A stretch of DNA of 64,000 nt, from the IMG/VR virus record IMGVR_UViG_3300037423_000584. One strand, given 5' to 3'. This stretch comes from a virus. The position numbers were made by a program, and so were the translations under genes. Numbering within the stretch: the stretch's first letter is position 1; the number at the start of each line of letters is the position of its first letter. The notes under the pieces were generated by a model. The model was not told where the DNA came from. It was given only the letters and a program-made list of their open reading frames with translations, and made no database searches. Positions 39,919 through 48,841 of this stretch are shown here, one piece after another.

Positions 39919-42003
39919 TTATTGATTTCTTTTAATAAATCTAGCACCGTTATTTTTAATCCAATTTTTACCGTTAGCATCGAATTTAGCAAGTCCGTGA
40001 CCTCTATACATAGACCTATTTTCTCCTGCTTTAACTTTTCCTATTGTCTCTCTTGTTCCACCTACGGCTTTATATTGAACTTTAAAGACTGTGCTTTTAT
40101 CTTTGTTTCTAGAATAATAGTTGGCATATAATAATGCAGAATATCTATCTTTTCTTAGGTGTCCCTTCTTGCTTCCTTCTAATTTAATAGTAGGAGTATC
40201 GAAAGTTTCCTTACCAAGTGTAGAAGAAGGAGTAACAACGATTGTTGTCATTTCGTTCTTTAATTCCTCTATTTCTTCTACTAGATCTTCATAGGTATCG
40301 AATTTAATATTATTTACTTCATCTAGCTTAATGGCTTTTTCAAGTTCAATAGTATCAAACATTGGGAATAGAAGGATTTTATCTTGTAAATCCTTTAACA
40401 TTCCGTGGTTAGCTTCTGCGTTTATTTCTGCATTTGGTGCAATTAGTTCCAATATATGAATTCCTTCTTCTATATCGGAAGGTTTTGGTTTTTCAGGATC
40501 AACAATTTCATATACAGGAAATTCGCCTTCTTCACAGGTATATTGACTTGCCAAAGCTTCTGCGATTGCAGTACCGCCACCGTTTTTATCCATCATAATA
40601 CGTTCTATATTAAAAGTACGCATTAGTCCACGAATCTTTTTAGCAATATATTTATAATAGTCATCTTCTAAAGCTATACCAAGTTGTTTCATATATGCTT
40701 TAAAAGCATTGTATTTCTTTCTATTTGTAGTCCAGCAATTTACAACTCTTCTGTGATCTTGATATAGTTCAAGCAAAACTATGGCAGCATTGTCTTGATC
40801 TGCTGCGGGGTCTACGCCCATGATATAAATTCTTTCAGCATCACCAGTTCTGGAAGCAGAGAATTGGACATTACGACCTGATTGAGTCATAATCGGCTTA
40901 TTCGTAGTAGCAGCTTCAATGATTGATCTCTTGTAGAATCCATCGCTGTCTGCTTGAAATATGCCACAATATTCCATCAAGAATTGACCAGTATGTAGAT
41001 TTGCTTTGGCCTGTGATACTATACCTGCGTCAAGATATCCTTCTGGCAAATAAGTATATGGAATTCTTAAAATCGCATAATCTTTCCAATCAAAACCTTC
41101 AATTTCTGATTTATCTTCATTTGCAAATACAGTTGATAGCTTTTTCATTTCTCCTTTTGAAGATATAATAGTATGCCATTTCTTGAATTGAATATAAAAA
41201 TGGTTAAAAGCATAATATGCTGTTCCACTATAAACTATCTGGTTTCCTTTAATACCTGCCTTTGTTAAAGCTTTAATTTCATCGCTCCATTCTCCAAGAG
41301 CTTTGAGCTTCTTGTTAATCATAGCTTTCTTAACTTTTTCAACAGGAGAAGAAGATACGACACCGAAACCTTGAACTACTGTGGCAAAGATTTCTTGAGG
41401 AATAGATGCATATTCGTCGCAAAGGATGTAGTTTGCACGCATACCTCTGATCTTAGAACCATCGCCAAGAGGAATTGCAGTAAATAAACTATCTCCAATT
41501 CTTAATTCTACTCTGTCTACTTCTCTTCTTGGACCACCATTCTTTCCTCCAATATCTTTTAGGATAGGAGATTTTTCCCAAATATTTATGGCATAATCCA
41601 TTACTGCTCTAGATTGTCTAAATGCAGCACCGACGATGACAATCTTGCAACCGGGATGGAATATCATTCTCAGAAGTGCATATACTGCAAGAATAAAACT
41701 CTTGCCAGCACCGCGAGAAGCTATCAACATTGGGAATCTCTTATTCCACAATGTTTCTAATATAACTACTTGGAATGGAAGAAGATCTACTCCTAAAAGA
41801 ACTTTAGCAGCAAAGTGAAGATATTCTTGATTCATCAATGTCTGAACCATATCTTCAACAGGATCTTCTGGTGGTCTATCTAATGGATAATCAAGAAGTG
41901 GATTAAAAACATCTGATGGGATTTCTCCCAATTCCAGATATTCTATGTTTTCGGGTTTATTTAATTCCGAAAGACCATCTAGTAAATCTATATTACTTGC
42001 CAT
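39919..42003 (-). CDS. terL: Terminase large subunit
   Basis: Q-motif (LLPFQ), Walker A SRGAGKS, Walker B ILCDE, coupling motif SGT, nuclease GVDPA and KDRYSA; start at MASNID preferred to 42027. Confidence 0.95.
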   Translation of the reverse strand: MASNIDLLDGLSELNKPENIEYLELGEIPSDVFNPLLDYPLDRPPEDPVEDMVQTLMNQEYLHFAAKVLLGVDLLPFQVVILETLWNKRFPMLIASRGAGKSFILAVYALLRMIFHPGCKIVIVGAAFRQSRAVMDYAINIWEKSPILKDIGGKNGGPRREVDRVELRIGDSLFTAIPLGDGSKIRGMRANYILCDEYASIPQEIFATVVQGFGVVSSSPVEKVKKAMINKKLKALGEWSDEIKALTKAGIKGNQIVYSGTAYYAFNHFYIQFKKWHTIISSKGEMKKLSTVFANEDKSEIEGFDWKDYAILRIPYTYLPEGYLDAGIVSQAKANLHTGQFLMEYCGIFQADSDGFYKRSIIEAATTNKPIMTQSGRNVQFSASRTGDAERIYIMGVDPAADQDNAAIVLLELYQDHRRVVNCWTTNRKKYNAFKAYMKQLGIALEDDYYKYIAKKIRGLMRTFNIERIMMDKNGGGTAIAEALASQYTCEEGEFPVYEIVDPEKPKPSDIEEGIHILELIAPNAEINAEANHGMLKDLQDKILLFPMFDTIELEKAIKLDEVNNIKFDTYEDLVEEIEELKNEMTTIVVTPSSTLGKETFDTPTIKLEGSKKGHLRKDRYSALLYANYYSRNKDKSTVFKVQYKAVGGTRETIGKVKAGENRSMYRGHGLAKFDANGKNWIKNNGARFIKRNQ

Positions 42004-42475
42004 TTTCAGCCCTTGCAACTGCTTCAAAAATAGTTCGTGCTAATCTTTTTCCACATGGTCCTGCATACTTAACACTAATTCCATACTCTACTTCTAATTC
42101 CTCTAGCCACTTCATTACGGTATTACATGGCAATCCTGTTTGAACTTGAGGAGGAGCCATTCCTAAAAGATCATCAGAAAGAGACGACTCAACAATAATA
42201 TATTTATATTTGATATGACGAAGCTTTTCCATTTCTCTTTCGAATCGTTCTCTATTCGCAACTGGACTATAGTTACCAAATAGTTCTCTAAAGCCCATCT
42301 TACGTTCGATTCGGATAATATCCTCGTATCCTTTTAATGAATAATCTCCTGCTTCAAGTGTTCCTACTTCTGTTCCTAATACTTGTATTTTTCCTGCGAC
42401 CTTTTCTTCTGGATGAAAATCCCATCCTTTTTGTTCCCTTGTGTCGCGAATTACAGTCAGTGCTGGCAATCTCAT
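41993..42475 (-). CDS. ERCC4/XPF-type nuclease domain protein
   Basis: IRDTREQ...LEAGDYS...IERK motifs. Confidence 0.85.
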   Translation of the reverse strand: MRLPALTVIRDTREQKGWDFHPEEKVAGKIQVLGTEVGTLEAGDYSLKGYEDIIRIERKMGFRELFGNYSPVANRERFEREMEKLRHIKYKYIIVESSLSDDLLGMAPPQVQTGLPCNTVMKWLEELEVEYGISVKYAGPCGKRLARTIFEAVARAENGK

Positions 42476-42478
42476 TAT

Positions 42479-42850
42479 TTACCACCTTAATCTTGGATTA
42501 GTCTTACGCCATTTTCTGTACGGATTTTGATTATCATCTTTTTTCTTTTGTTTTTCTCCGTACTTTTTAATTCCACGTTCGGTTTTCTTTTGTTCAACTA
42601 TCCGTCTAAATTCCTCTTCAAAACTTTCCTCTCGACCAGTTACTAAATTATGACAGTCTTCACAAAGAGTAACTCCGTTATTTACTATATAACGGAGGTC
42701 TGGTCTATCTGCCCATCGTTTGATATGATGTGCTTCGATCTTTTTACCCTTTAGTTTACATTTAACACAACAGAATTGATCTCTAGAGAATACATTGTAT
42801 CTCCATATCTTATATTCTGGCGTGTTCATTTCTGGTCTATTAGAAAACAT
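42479..42850 (-). CDS. HNH endonuclease (possible packaging cofactor)
   Basis: RDQFCCVKC...EAHHI...NGVTLCEDCH. Confidence 0.9.
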   Translation of the reverse strand: MFSNRPEMNTPEYKIWRYNVFSRDQFCCVKCKLKGKKIEAHHIKRWADRPDLRYIVNNGVTLCEDCHNLVTGREESFEEEFRRIVEQKKTERGIKKYGEKQKKKDDNQNPYRKWRKTNPRLRW

Positions 42851-42852
42851 TA

Positions 42853-43932
42853 TTATATATTCGTATTAAGTTCTATATCGTTGCTTACCATTTCTTTAAT
42901 CATTTGATCAAAAGGAATAGTAATTTTCCATCCAAGATTTGTTTCGGCTTTTGCAGCATTTCCACAAAGTAGATCAACTTCTGCTGGTCTGTATAATTTT
43001 TGGTCTGTCTCAACAAACGGCTTCCAGTCTGTAATTCCAATAACTGAAAATGCAGCGTCTAGAAGTTCTTTAATTGTTCTAGTAGTACCAGAAGCGAATA
43101 CATAATCATCAGGAGTATCTTGTTGAAGCATAAGATACATACCATAAACAGTATCTCTAGCATCCATCCAGTCACGACGAGCTTTTAGATTTCCAAGCTT
43201 AAGTGGAGTAATTGCCTTATTCTTTAATGCTAATTCAAATACAGTTTGTACTGGAATAACAGAATCTGGTGCAATTTCATCATAAACTTCTGGTGCAAAG
43301 AAAGCATTCTCGGCTTGATTGAAAGATCGTCCAATCCAATCTGTTACCTTACGTGTAACGAATTGTTTTCCTCGACGTGGACTTTCGTGATTAAAACTTC
43401 TAGAGAAACAAGCAAACAAGCCATAAGATTCTTTATAGACTTTTACAAGAGATTCGGCTCCAAACTTTGCTGCTCCATATGGACTTCTAGGACGTGGTAT
43501 GGTATCTTCGTCTTGCTTATCAACAATTACATCGCCATAAACTTCGGAAGTAGAAGCCTGTAGAAACTTTGTTCGTGGAGAAATAAGACGAATAGCTTCC
43601 AGACAATTGCAAACACCGGTAAAATTAACATCACAAGTAGCTATAGATTGATCCCAAGAAGCAGCAACGAAGCTCTGAGCAGCTAAATTATAGAATTCAT
43701 TGGGCTTATATTGCTTAAGAACTCTAGCAATGCTGCCAAAATCTGTTACGTCACCTTGCTCTAGAATATAATTAGGATTATCAAATAGATGTTTAATATT
43801 ACTATAATCTGGTGAACTTGAACGTCTTTCCATTGCTACTACCTTATATCCTTTAGATAAAAGTAGTTCCGCAAGGTATGAAGCATCTTGACCACGGGCA
43901 CCAGTGAGAACTGCGATTTTATGACTATCCAT
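42853..43932 (-). CDS. gmd: GDP-mannose 4,6-dehydratase
   Basis: TGARGQDASYLAELLL, NLAAQSFV, QASTSEVYG, SPYGAAK, FNHESPRRG, LGNLKARRDW, RPAEVDLL. Confidence 0.95.
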   Translation of the reverse strand: MDSHKIAVLTGARGQDASYLAELLLSKGYKVVAMERRSSSPDYSNIKHLFDNPNYILEQGDVTDFGSIARVLKQYKPNEFYNLAAQSFVAASWDQSIATCDVNFTGVCNCLEAIRLISPRTKFLQASTSEVYGDVIVDKQDEDTIPRPRSPYGAAKFGAESLVKVYKESYGLFACFSRSFNHESPRRGKQFVTRKVTDWIGRSFNQAENAFFAPEVYDEIAPDSVIPVQTVFELALKNKAITPLKLGNLKARRDWMDARDTVYGMYLMLQQDTPDDYVFASGTTRTIKELLDAAFSVIGITDWKPFVETDQKLYRPAEVDLLCGNAAKAETNLGWKITIPFDQMIKEMVSNDIELNTNI

Positions 43933-44314
43933 TTTGATTTCCTTTTATTCTTTTGATTTCCTCTATAGGATTGCTTGTAGATACTAAATATCCTCTAATA
44001 ATCGTTTCTAATGCTTCTTGATTAATAGATCTATAATTATTTACTATAATATGTCTTGCTCTAAAACTCCGTATTTTTGATCCATCCATATCTACTGGAA
44101 AAAAGTAAATTTGCATTTTATCTATCTTGCAATTATCTTCCTGATATTCCCCTTTTATCGATTCATATTTTTCTTCTAAGTTTTTTAATATTTCTTTTGA
44201 CTGTCTATATGATGGAGATATAACAACAGTTTTCTCAGTTGGTTTGTTATTGGCAAGATATAGTATTATATCTTCAACAACATCTTTCTCTTTGTCTTCG
44301 ATATACAATATCAT
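43925..44314 (-). CDS. Truncated, inactive paralog of the terminase ATPase domain
   Basis: Aligns by eye to this genome's TerL (RQS; DGSKIR.RA; Y.SI.QE; S.P.E); Walker A absent; Walker B DE replaced by NN. Confidence 0.8.
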   Translation of the reverse strand: MILYIEDKEKDVVEDIILYLANNKPTEKTVVISPSYRQSKEILKNLEEKYESIKGEYQEDNCKIDKMQIYFFPVDMDGSKIRSFRARHIIVNNYRSINQEALETIIRGYLVSTSNPIEEIKRIKGNQNG

Positions 44315-44315
44315 T

Positions 44316-44591
44316 TTAATCTCTAAAAAATAAATCTAATTCTTTCTCTGATCCAACTATTGCTACCTTAGTATTATCGTCTTCAAGAACAATTGTATAT
44401 AAATAAAAATCTTCACAAGTTTTAGATATATCAATAGATACGTTTATCATCTTCTTTAAGAATTCTTGAATTGGACAATCTATGAACTGTATCTCAACAG
44501 TTTTAAGACTGTCCATTTCTTGGAAATAAATTCCTCGTTCAAAATTGTCTTGAGAGACAAAAAAGGTTTTAATTCCCTTGACCATTGGCAT
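44316..44591 (-). CDS. Hypothetical acidic protein
   Basis: 91 aa coupled ORF. Confidence 0.55.
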   Translation of the reverse strand: MPMVKGIKTFFVSQDNFERGIYFQEMDSLKTVEIQFIDCPIQEFLKKMINVSIDISKTCEDFYLYTIVLEDDNTKVAIVGSEKELDLFFRD

Positions 44592-45186
44592 ATTCCTTCT
44601 TTAGAATTTCGATAGCCTCTTCGAATCCTTTGCCCTCGTGGATTAATTGGTGAATCTTCGTGTGTACTTCTTTACAAATAGGAAGACCGTTGTTTGGATC
44701 GAATGCAAGTTCTGGACTTATATTCTCAGCTTTAGGAATAATATGATGTACTTCGATGTTATCTGTTCTTCCAGAAATGGCACATTTATTACCATACTTT
44801 TCCAATACTGCTTTTCTGAAATCATCATAAGCAGATTGATTCTTTGCCCATGCTGAGAAGGTGCTGCTTGCTCTGCCATCTTTCCAAGCAGGATGGCTTG
44901 GTCCTTTTTGATAAGCATGTTTGCACAATTCATCACAGAATTGGTTCTTGCTGTAAATTACTTTGCTATTTGGTCTACGGAAAAATGCTCCGCAGTTACC
45001 ACACATACAAAGAGTGCCAACAATTTCCTTCCCATTGCGTGGAAACTGGTGTCCGATTTGTTTGGCAAGTTTACGAATGAAAGGACGGCTTAGACCAGTC
45101 TTCTTTTCAATTTCTCTCTGGCCTTCGCCGGACAAAATAAGATCTACTGCGTAAGCTTTTTCTGATTCAGGAACTATTCTAGGCAT
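44569..45186 (-). CDS. HTH + Zn-finger + HNH endonuclease
   Basis: QREIEKKTGLSR; CGNCG...FCDELC; CAISG...EVHHI...NGLPICKEVH. Confidence 0.85.
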   Translation of the reverse strand: MPRIVPESEKAYAVDLILSGEGQREIEKKTGLSRPFIRKLAKQIGHQFPRNGKEIVGTLCMCGNCGAFFRRPNSKVIYSKNQFCDELCKHAYQKGPSHPAWKDGRASSTFSAWAKNQSAYDDFRKAVLEKYGNKCAISGRTDNIEVHHIIPKAENISPELAFDPNNGLPICKEVHTKIHQLIHEGKGFEEAIEILKKEYANGQGN

Positions 45187-46492
45187 TGTTTTCTCCGGTA
45201 ATTATTTTTACTATTTCTTCAAATGGTACTGTTTCTATTTCTCTTTCGCCAGCCAACATTGTGCTCATCTTCTTAGATCCATCTTTGTTCATTGAGTGAA
45301 TCAGGATCTTGGATTCTTTACATAAATTTTTGTTAAGTATATGATCTACAAATTCGCTTCCCTTCTGATTCATTCCTAAATCATAATCTAGGCAAATTAG
45401 GTCATATTTAGTTTCTTTGATTTTTTCTATCGCTTTTGATGGATTTGATGCAAAATCTAGCTTATTTTGATTAAAAACTTCCAAAAAGAACTGATGTCTA
45501 CGTAATTCATCATCAATAATCAGAATTTTTTTATCCTTTTCATTCTTAAATTCATTAACGAATTTACACTGAAAATTATTCATTATCACGATTTCTTTTT
45601 CAGGTATATAAGAATGTTCGTCCATTAGTATTGAGTCTTTTGTTCCATCAGGAAAAACATTGGGTTTTCGCCATTCTGATTTCTTCTTTTCTTTAGCAAG
45701 CCTTACAAGCTCCATATGCTTGCCGTATTCTTCTCTTGTTTGTCTATCTCTAAAAGCTTCTATCAAACCAACGAAGGTTGTATTACTTTTCTTGATTTGA
45801 TCTATTCTGTCTTTTCTTCGGGCATTGAGTTGATCCAAAAGTCTGTTTCTTGAATCAACGTTTTTCTGATAATCGTTCGTCATAATCTGAGCCTGAGCGT
45901 GCATACTTCTAACAAGATTCATAAGTTGGGCATCACGCTCTTGTGCATCTTCATCGTTGTCAATATCTGTTGCTTTTCTAAGAACATCAACTTCTTCTAT
46001 GGTCTTCTCAATTTCATCTTCGGCAACTCTAATGTTTCTAAGAATGCGGTTGCCCATGATTTCTGCTTTAATCAATTCATCAATCTGGCGTTTCTCTGTT
46101 GCAAGAATATCTTCGAATTGAATTGAAAGTGCTGCAAATTCTTCAAGATAGAATTTAATTTCACTTTCTGTAAACTGTTCTTTTAGATTGTCATAATATA
46201 GGCTGTTAACAAGCTGAGTCTTAAAGAACTCTTTTCTCTGTGCTTCTGTTAGATGCTGACCAATTCTTTTAGACGACACGGATGGTTCTGCTTTACTTGT
46301 CTTTTCTTTTCTGACTATATCTGTTTTAATAGACCCCTTAGAACCTTTAGCTATACCAAGTTTTCGACGAGCATATTTAATTGTACGAATATCTCTCTTA
46401 AGTTCTTTAGCAATTTGCTCATCGGTCTTATCGAGACAATTGCTTCTGATATATTCTAATTCTTGAGGTTTTAAATATGGATTCTTAGGCAT
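45179..46492 (-). CDS. HTH/coiled-coil protein (terminase small subunit candidate) fused to a cyclic-phosphate-processing-type receiver domain
   Basis: N-terminal TDEQIAKELKRDIRTI; C-terminal ILIIDDE...LDYDLG...G...ILIHSMN..G. Confidence 0.6.
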   Translation of the reverse strand: MPKNPYLKPQELEYIRSNCLDKTDEQIAKELKRDIRTIKYARRKLGIAKGSKGSIKTDIVRKEKTSKAEPSVSSKRIGQHLTEAQRKEFFKTQLVNSLYYDNLKEQFTESEIKFYLEEFAALSIQFEDILATEKRQIDELIKAEIMGNRILRNIRVAEDEIEKTIEEVDVLRKATDIDNDEDAQERDAQLMNLVRSMHAQAQIMTNDYQKNVDSRNRLLDQLNARRKDRIDQIKKSNTTFVGLIEAFRDRQTREEYGKHMELVRLAKEKKKSEWRKPNVFPDGTKDSILMDEHSYIPEKEIVIMNNFQCKFVNEFKNEKDKKILIIDDELRRHQFFLEVFNQNKLDFASNPSKAIEKIKETKYDLICLDYDLGMNQKGSEFVDHILNKNLCKESKILIHSMNKDGSKKMSTMLAGEREIETVPFEEIVKIITGENNA

Positions 46493-46493
46493 A

Positions 46494-47078
46494 TTATATC
46501 AATTTAATTTTCTTAGTTATTTCTTTCTTGAGCTTCTTTAGCTTCTGCTTAGAAAGTTTGCCACCAGAAACAAGCAAGTTAAAATCATGCAGATATTGTC
46601 TATCAATAACTTTCTCTAATTTGATTTTCATTTCGTCTGTAATCATCTTATTAATAGTATTATCTGAACTTACTCGCTCTATTTTTTCTTCTGTGGCATT
46701 TAATAGACTGTTACGACTTTCAAGAGACAGTTGATAATTTCGCCATTTATCACACTTGTCTTTCTCTGTTCCAAATCGGGCACAATCTACTTTTGAACCA
46801 GAATCAAAATATGGACATCTATGGCATGGAGACTTAACTGTCTTGGTAATATCTTTAAAACGATTAATAAGTCTATTTTTAACAGTGACACGCAAAAAAT
46901 GTTCCAAATTTCCTCTGTCTTCATTAAAATCTGGAAGTTTCTCCAAACAAATGATCCAAATTTCATTTTTTAGATCATTTTCGTCAAGATATCCAAACTT
47001 TTTTCCACAATGTTCATTGCTGATTTTATCGATTATATTAAATACATATTCATCCATCTTCTGATTCTTTCTTTTCAT
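46494..47078 (-). CDS. Phage sigma70-like factor with Cys-rich insert (late sigma candidate)
   Basis: Region 2-like DENDLKNEIWIICLEKLPDFNEDRGNLEHFLRVTVKNRLIN; CHRC...C...C insert. Confidence 0.7.
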   Translation of the reverse strand: MKRKNQKMDEYVFNIIDKISNEHCGKKFGYLDENDLKNEIWIICLEKLPDFNEDRGNLEHFLRVTVKNRLINRFKDITKTVKSPCHRCPYFDSGSKVDCARFGTEKDKCDKWRNYQLSLESRNSLLNATEEKIERVSSDNTINKMITDEMKIKLEKVIDRQYLHDFNLLVSGGKLSKQKLKKLKKEITKKIKLI

Positions 47079-47190
47079 TAGCTTTAATAATCTCTTCGCT
47101 GTCTACTGGATCTTGTTCCAGTAATTCAGCAACAACCTTTTCTTCAAGTTCTTTTGTTTCTTTTGCAACACCTTTAATTTTTTCTAACAT
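47050..47190 (-). CDS. Small acidic protein (46 aa)
   Basis: MLEKIKGVAKETKELEEK...EDG; GGAG RBS; below the ORF-track cutoff. Confidence 0.55.
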   Translation of the reverse strand: MLEKIKGVAKETKELEEKVVAELLEQDPVDSEEIIKANEKKESEDG

Positions 47191-47278
47191 ATATTCTCCA
47201 TTATAGTTATCGTTTTATAATATATTTATTTAAATAAATATTATATATTATTATACAGAACGGATAACAAATATAGGT

Positions 47279-47310
47279 AAATAAAAATGGGAACCTATAA
47301 AAGTTCCCAT
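47279..47310 (-). terminator. Intrinsic terminator separating accessory and late operons
   Basis: ATGGGAAC...GTTCCCAT followed by a T-run on the minus strand. Confidence 0.65.
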
Positions 47311-47555
47311 ATCTTAGTTCTTTCGAAATGTATTAAACGTTTTTACCTAACTAGCTTTTTTCTCCATTATGCTGAACTGGTTGGTCATTAAGCTATTTGT
47401 TATGGGCTAACTGGATTTGTAGGTTCACCAAGTCCTTTATACTCAATACTTATAGTAAAATCATCGCCAGATGCAGACCACTGTTGGTTTGTGGAATGCT
47501 CAATCCATACTACTGACCAATGAGTTGTCAGAGTGAAAAGTCTGGATATATAATT

Positions 47556-47783
47556 TCATCTGATGATTTTCCATTCGTCATACCAGCCTTCTGACAGATC
47601 TACATTTATCTTATTGAATTCGCAAATTTCCCGAACTTCTTCTCTTATCTCGTTCTTTTCTTCTTCTGTTGTACATTCGTCAAAAGTTGAACTTATCCAA
47701 ACCTGTTTTCCATTTTTAGATAAAAGAACATATCCATAGAACCCATAGTCGTCACCGAACATTTTACATTCTAGAGTATACAT
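47556..47783 (-). CDS. Hypothetical protein
   Basis: 75 aa coupled ORF. Confidence 0.55.
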   Translation of the reverse strand: MYTLECKMFGDDYGFYGYVLLSKNGKQVWISSTFDECTTEEEKNEIREEVREICEFNKINVDLSEGWYDEWKIIR

Positions 47784-48252
47784 CGTTTGGATTAATCCTT
47801 ATAATTTCGCGGCCTATCGATTTTGCATATTTAACAGCATTGCCAGTCCCGCCACTTGTTCCGTTCCACACAGCGGCCAACTTTTGACAATTATCTATCA
47901 TCCATATATTTCTATCTTGCATGCAAGAGTTCGTATAGGTTTTGTCAGAAACAAAGTGCGGGGTTACTATTCTATTTTCTAATATACTTTGATATAACTT
48001 CTGGGATTCATAGGGCCAACGAGATTCTTGGCCGACACATGGGATTGCTGCAATTACTGGAATTTGCAATTCTATCCCAAGGAGGGCAAAGATCATATCA
48101 ACACCCAAAGCCATTCCAGAAATTAGTTCATCTGGTTTTTCCTGTTCAATAACTTTTCTAAGTTCCTGCCGAATAAAATTAGAAAACGGTCCTTTTAAAG
48201 AATATTCATTGCCGAGTTTATTGGGTCTGTGTCCTGTTACTGATAATATCAT
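47764..48252 (-). CDS. YspA/DUF1273-like SLOG family protein
   Basis: TGHRP...ISGMALGVD...RNIWMID...AVWNGTSGGTGNAV. Confidence 0.85.
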   Translation of the reverse strand: MILSVTGHRPNKLGNEYSLKGPFSNFIRQELRKVIEQEKPDELISGMALGVDMIFALLGIELQIPVIAAIPCVGQESRWPYESQKLYQSILENRIVTPHFVSDKTYTNSCMQDRNIWMIDNCQKLAAVWNGTSGGTGNAVKYAKSIGREIIRINPNDVYSRM

Positions 48253-48566
48253 AGTTTATCCGCCATTTCTGCTAAAATATCCCCATGGCACGCAAGTGGC
48301 TTGCAAAAACATCCCAGAGTCTTATCATGTAAAGTATGAATATTGTCCAGAATCCATTGCCGACGTTCTGGTTCTATTTCTTTATATGCGATTCCTTCTA
48401 GCCAATCTTTATATGCTTGAATCGCCAGTTTTCTGGTTGCGACCTTTATGGGAGCGAGGGTGCTATCCTTATGAGTTGCAATATTTCCAAAGTGATATTT
48501 TGAATCCTTTTTTCGTCCTATATAAACGTCGCATTTGTCTTTCTTTATATTAACTACTTTTGTCAT
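48249..48566 (-). CDS. DUF4326 family protein
   Basis: DVYIGR...FGN...LGCFCKPLACHGDIL. Confidence 0.85.
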   Translation of the reverse strand: MTKVVNIKKDKCDVYIGRKKDSKYHFGNIATHKDSTLAPIKVATRKLAIQAYKDWLEGIAYKEIEPERRQWILDNIHTLHDKTLGCFCKPLACHGDILAEMADKL

Positions 48567-48841
48567 TCTTCAACCTTCTCATAAGTCTTTTCAAAGATGT
48601 CAGGTTTGCATGGATACTTTTCTCCATTGACTCCTGTTATAATCCAATCTCTTTCGGTGACAATCATTTGGCCCTCAAGAGTATTTATAAAAGCACATAT
48701 GCTCTTCTGTCTCGGGGGTTCCCAAGATTTATCACTGAATTCAAGTAATATAGTGTTATCTTCTATGACACCTTCTATCTTCTTGCCCGGAAACCATTGT
48801 TCTGCTTCTATAACTACTGGTTTCTTTCTAAATTTGGCCAT
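48563..48841 (-). CDS. Conserved phage protein
   Basis: KFRKKPVVIEAEQW...TLEG...DWII.GV.GE.YPCKPDIFEKTYE. Confidence 0.8.
   Translation of the reverse strand: MAKFRKKPVVIEAEQWFPGKKIEGVIEDNTILLEFSDKSWEPPRQKSICAFINTLEGQMIVTERDWIITGVNGEKYPCKPDIFEKTYEKVEE

Noticed and set aside
47400-47558. Frame stays open for about 50 codons after the TGA of ORF 47556-47783 (read-through or recoding?)
   Set aside because: Single instance; all long genes translate intact in code 11, so there is no evidence of stop reassignment
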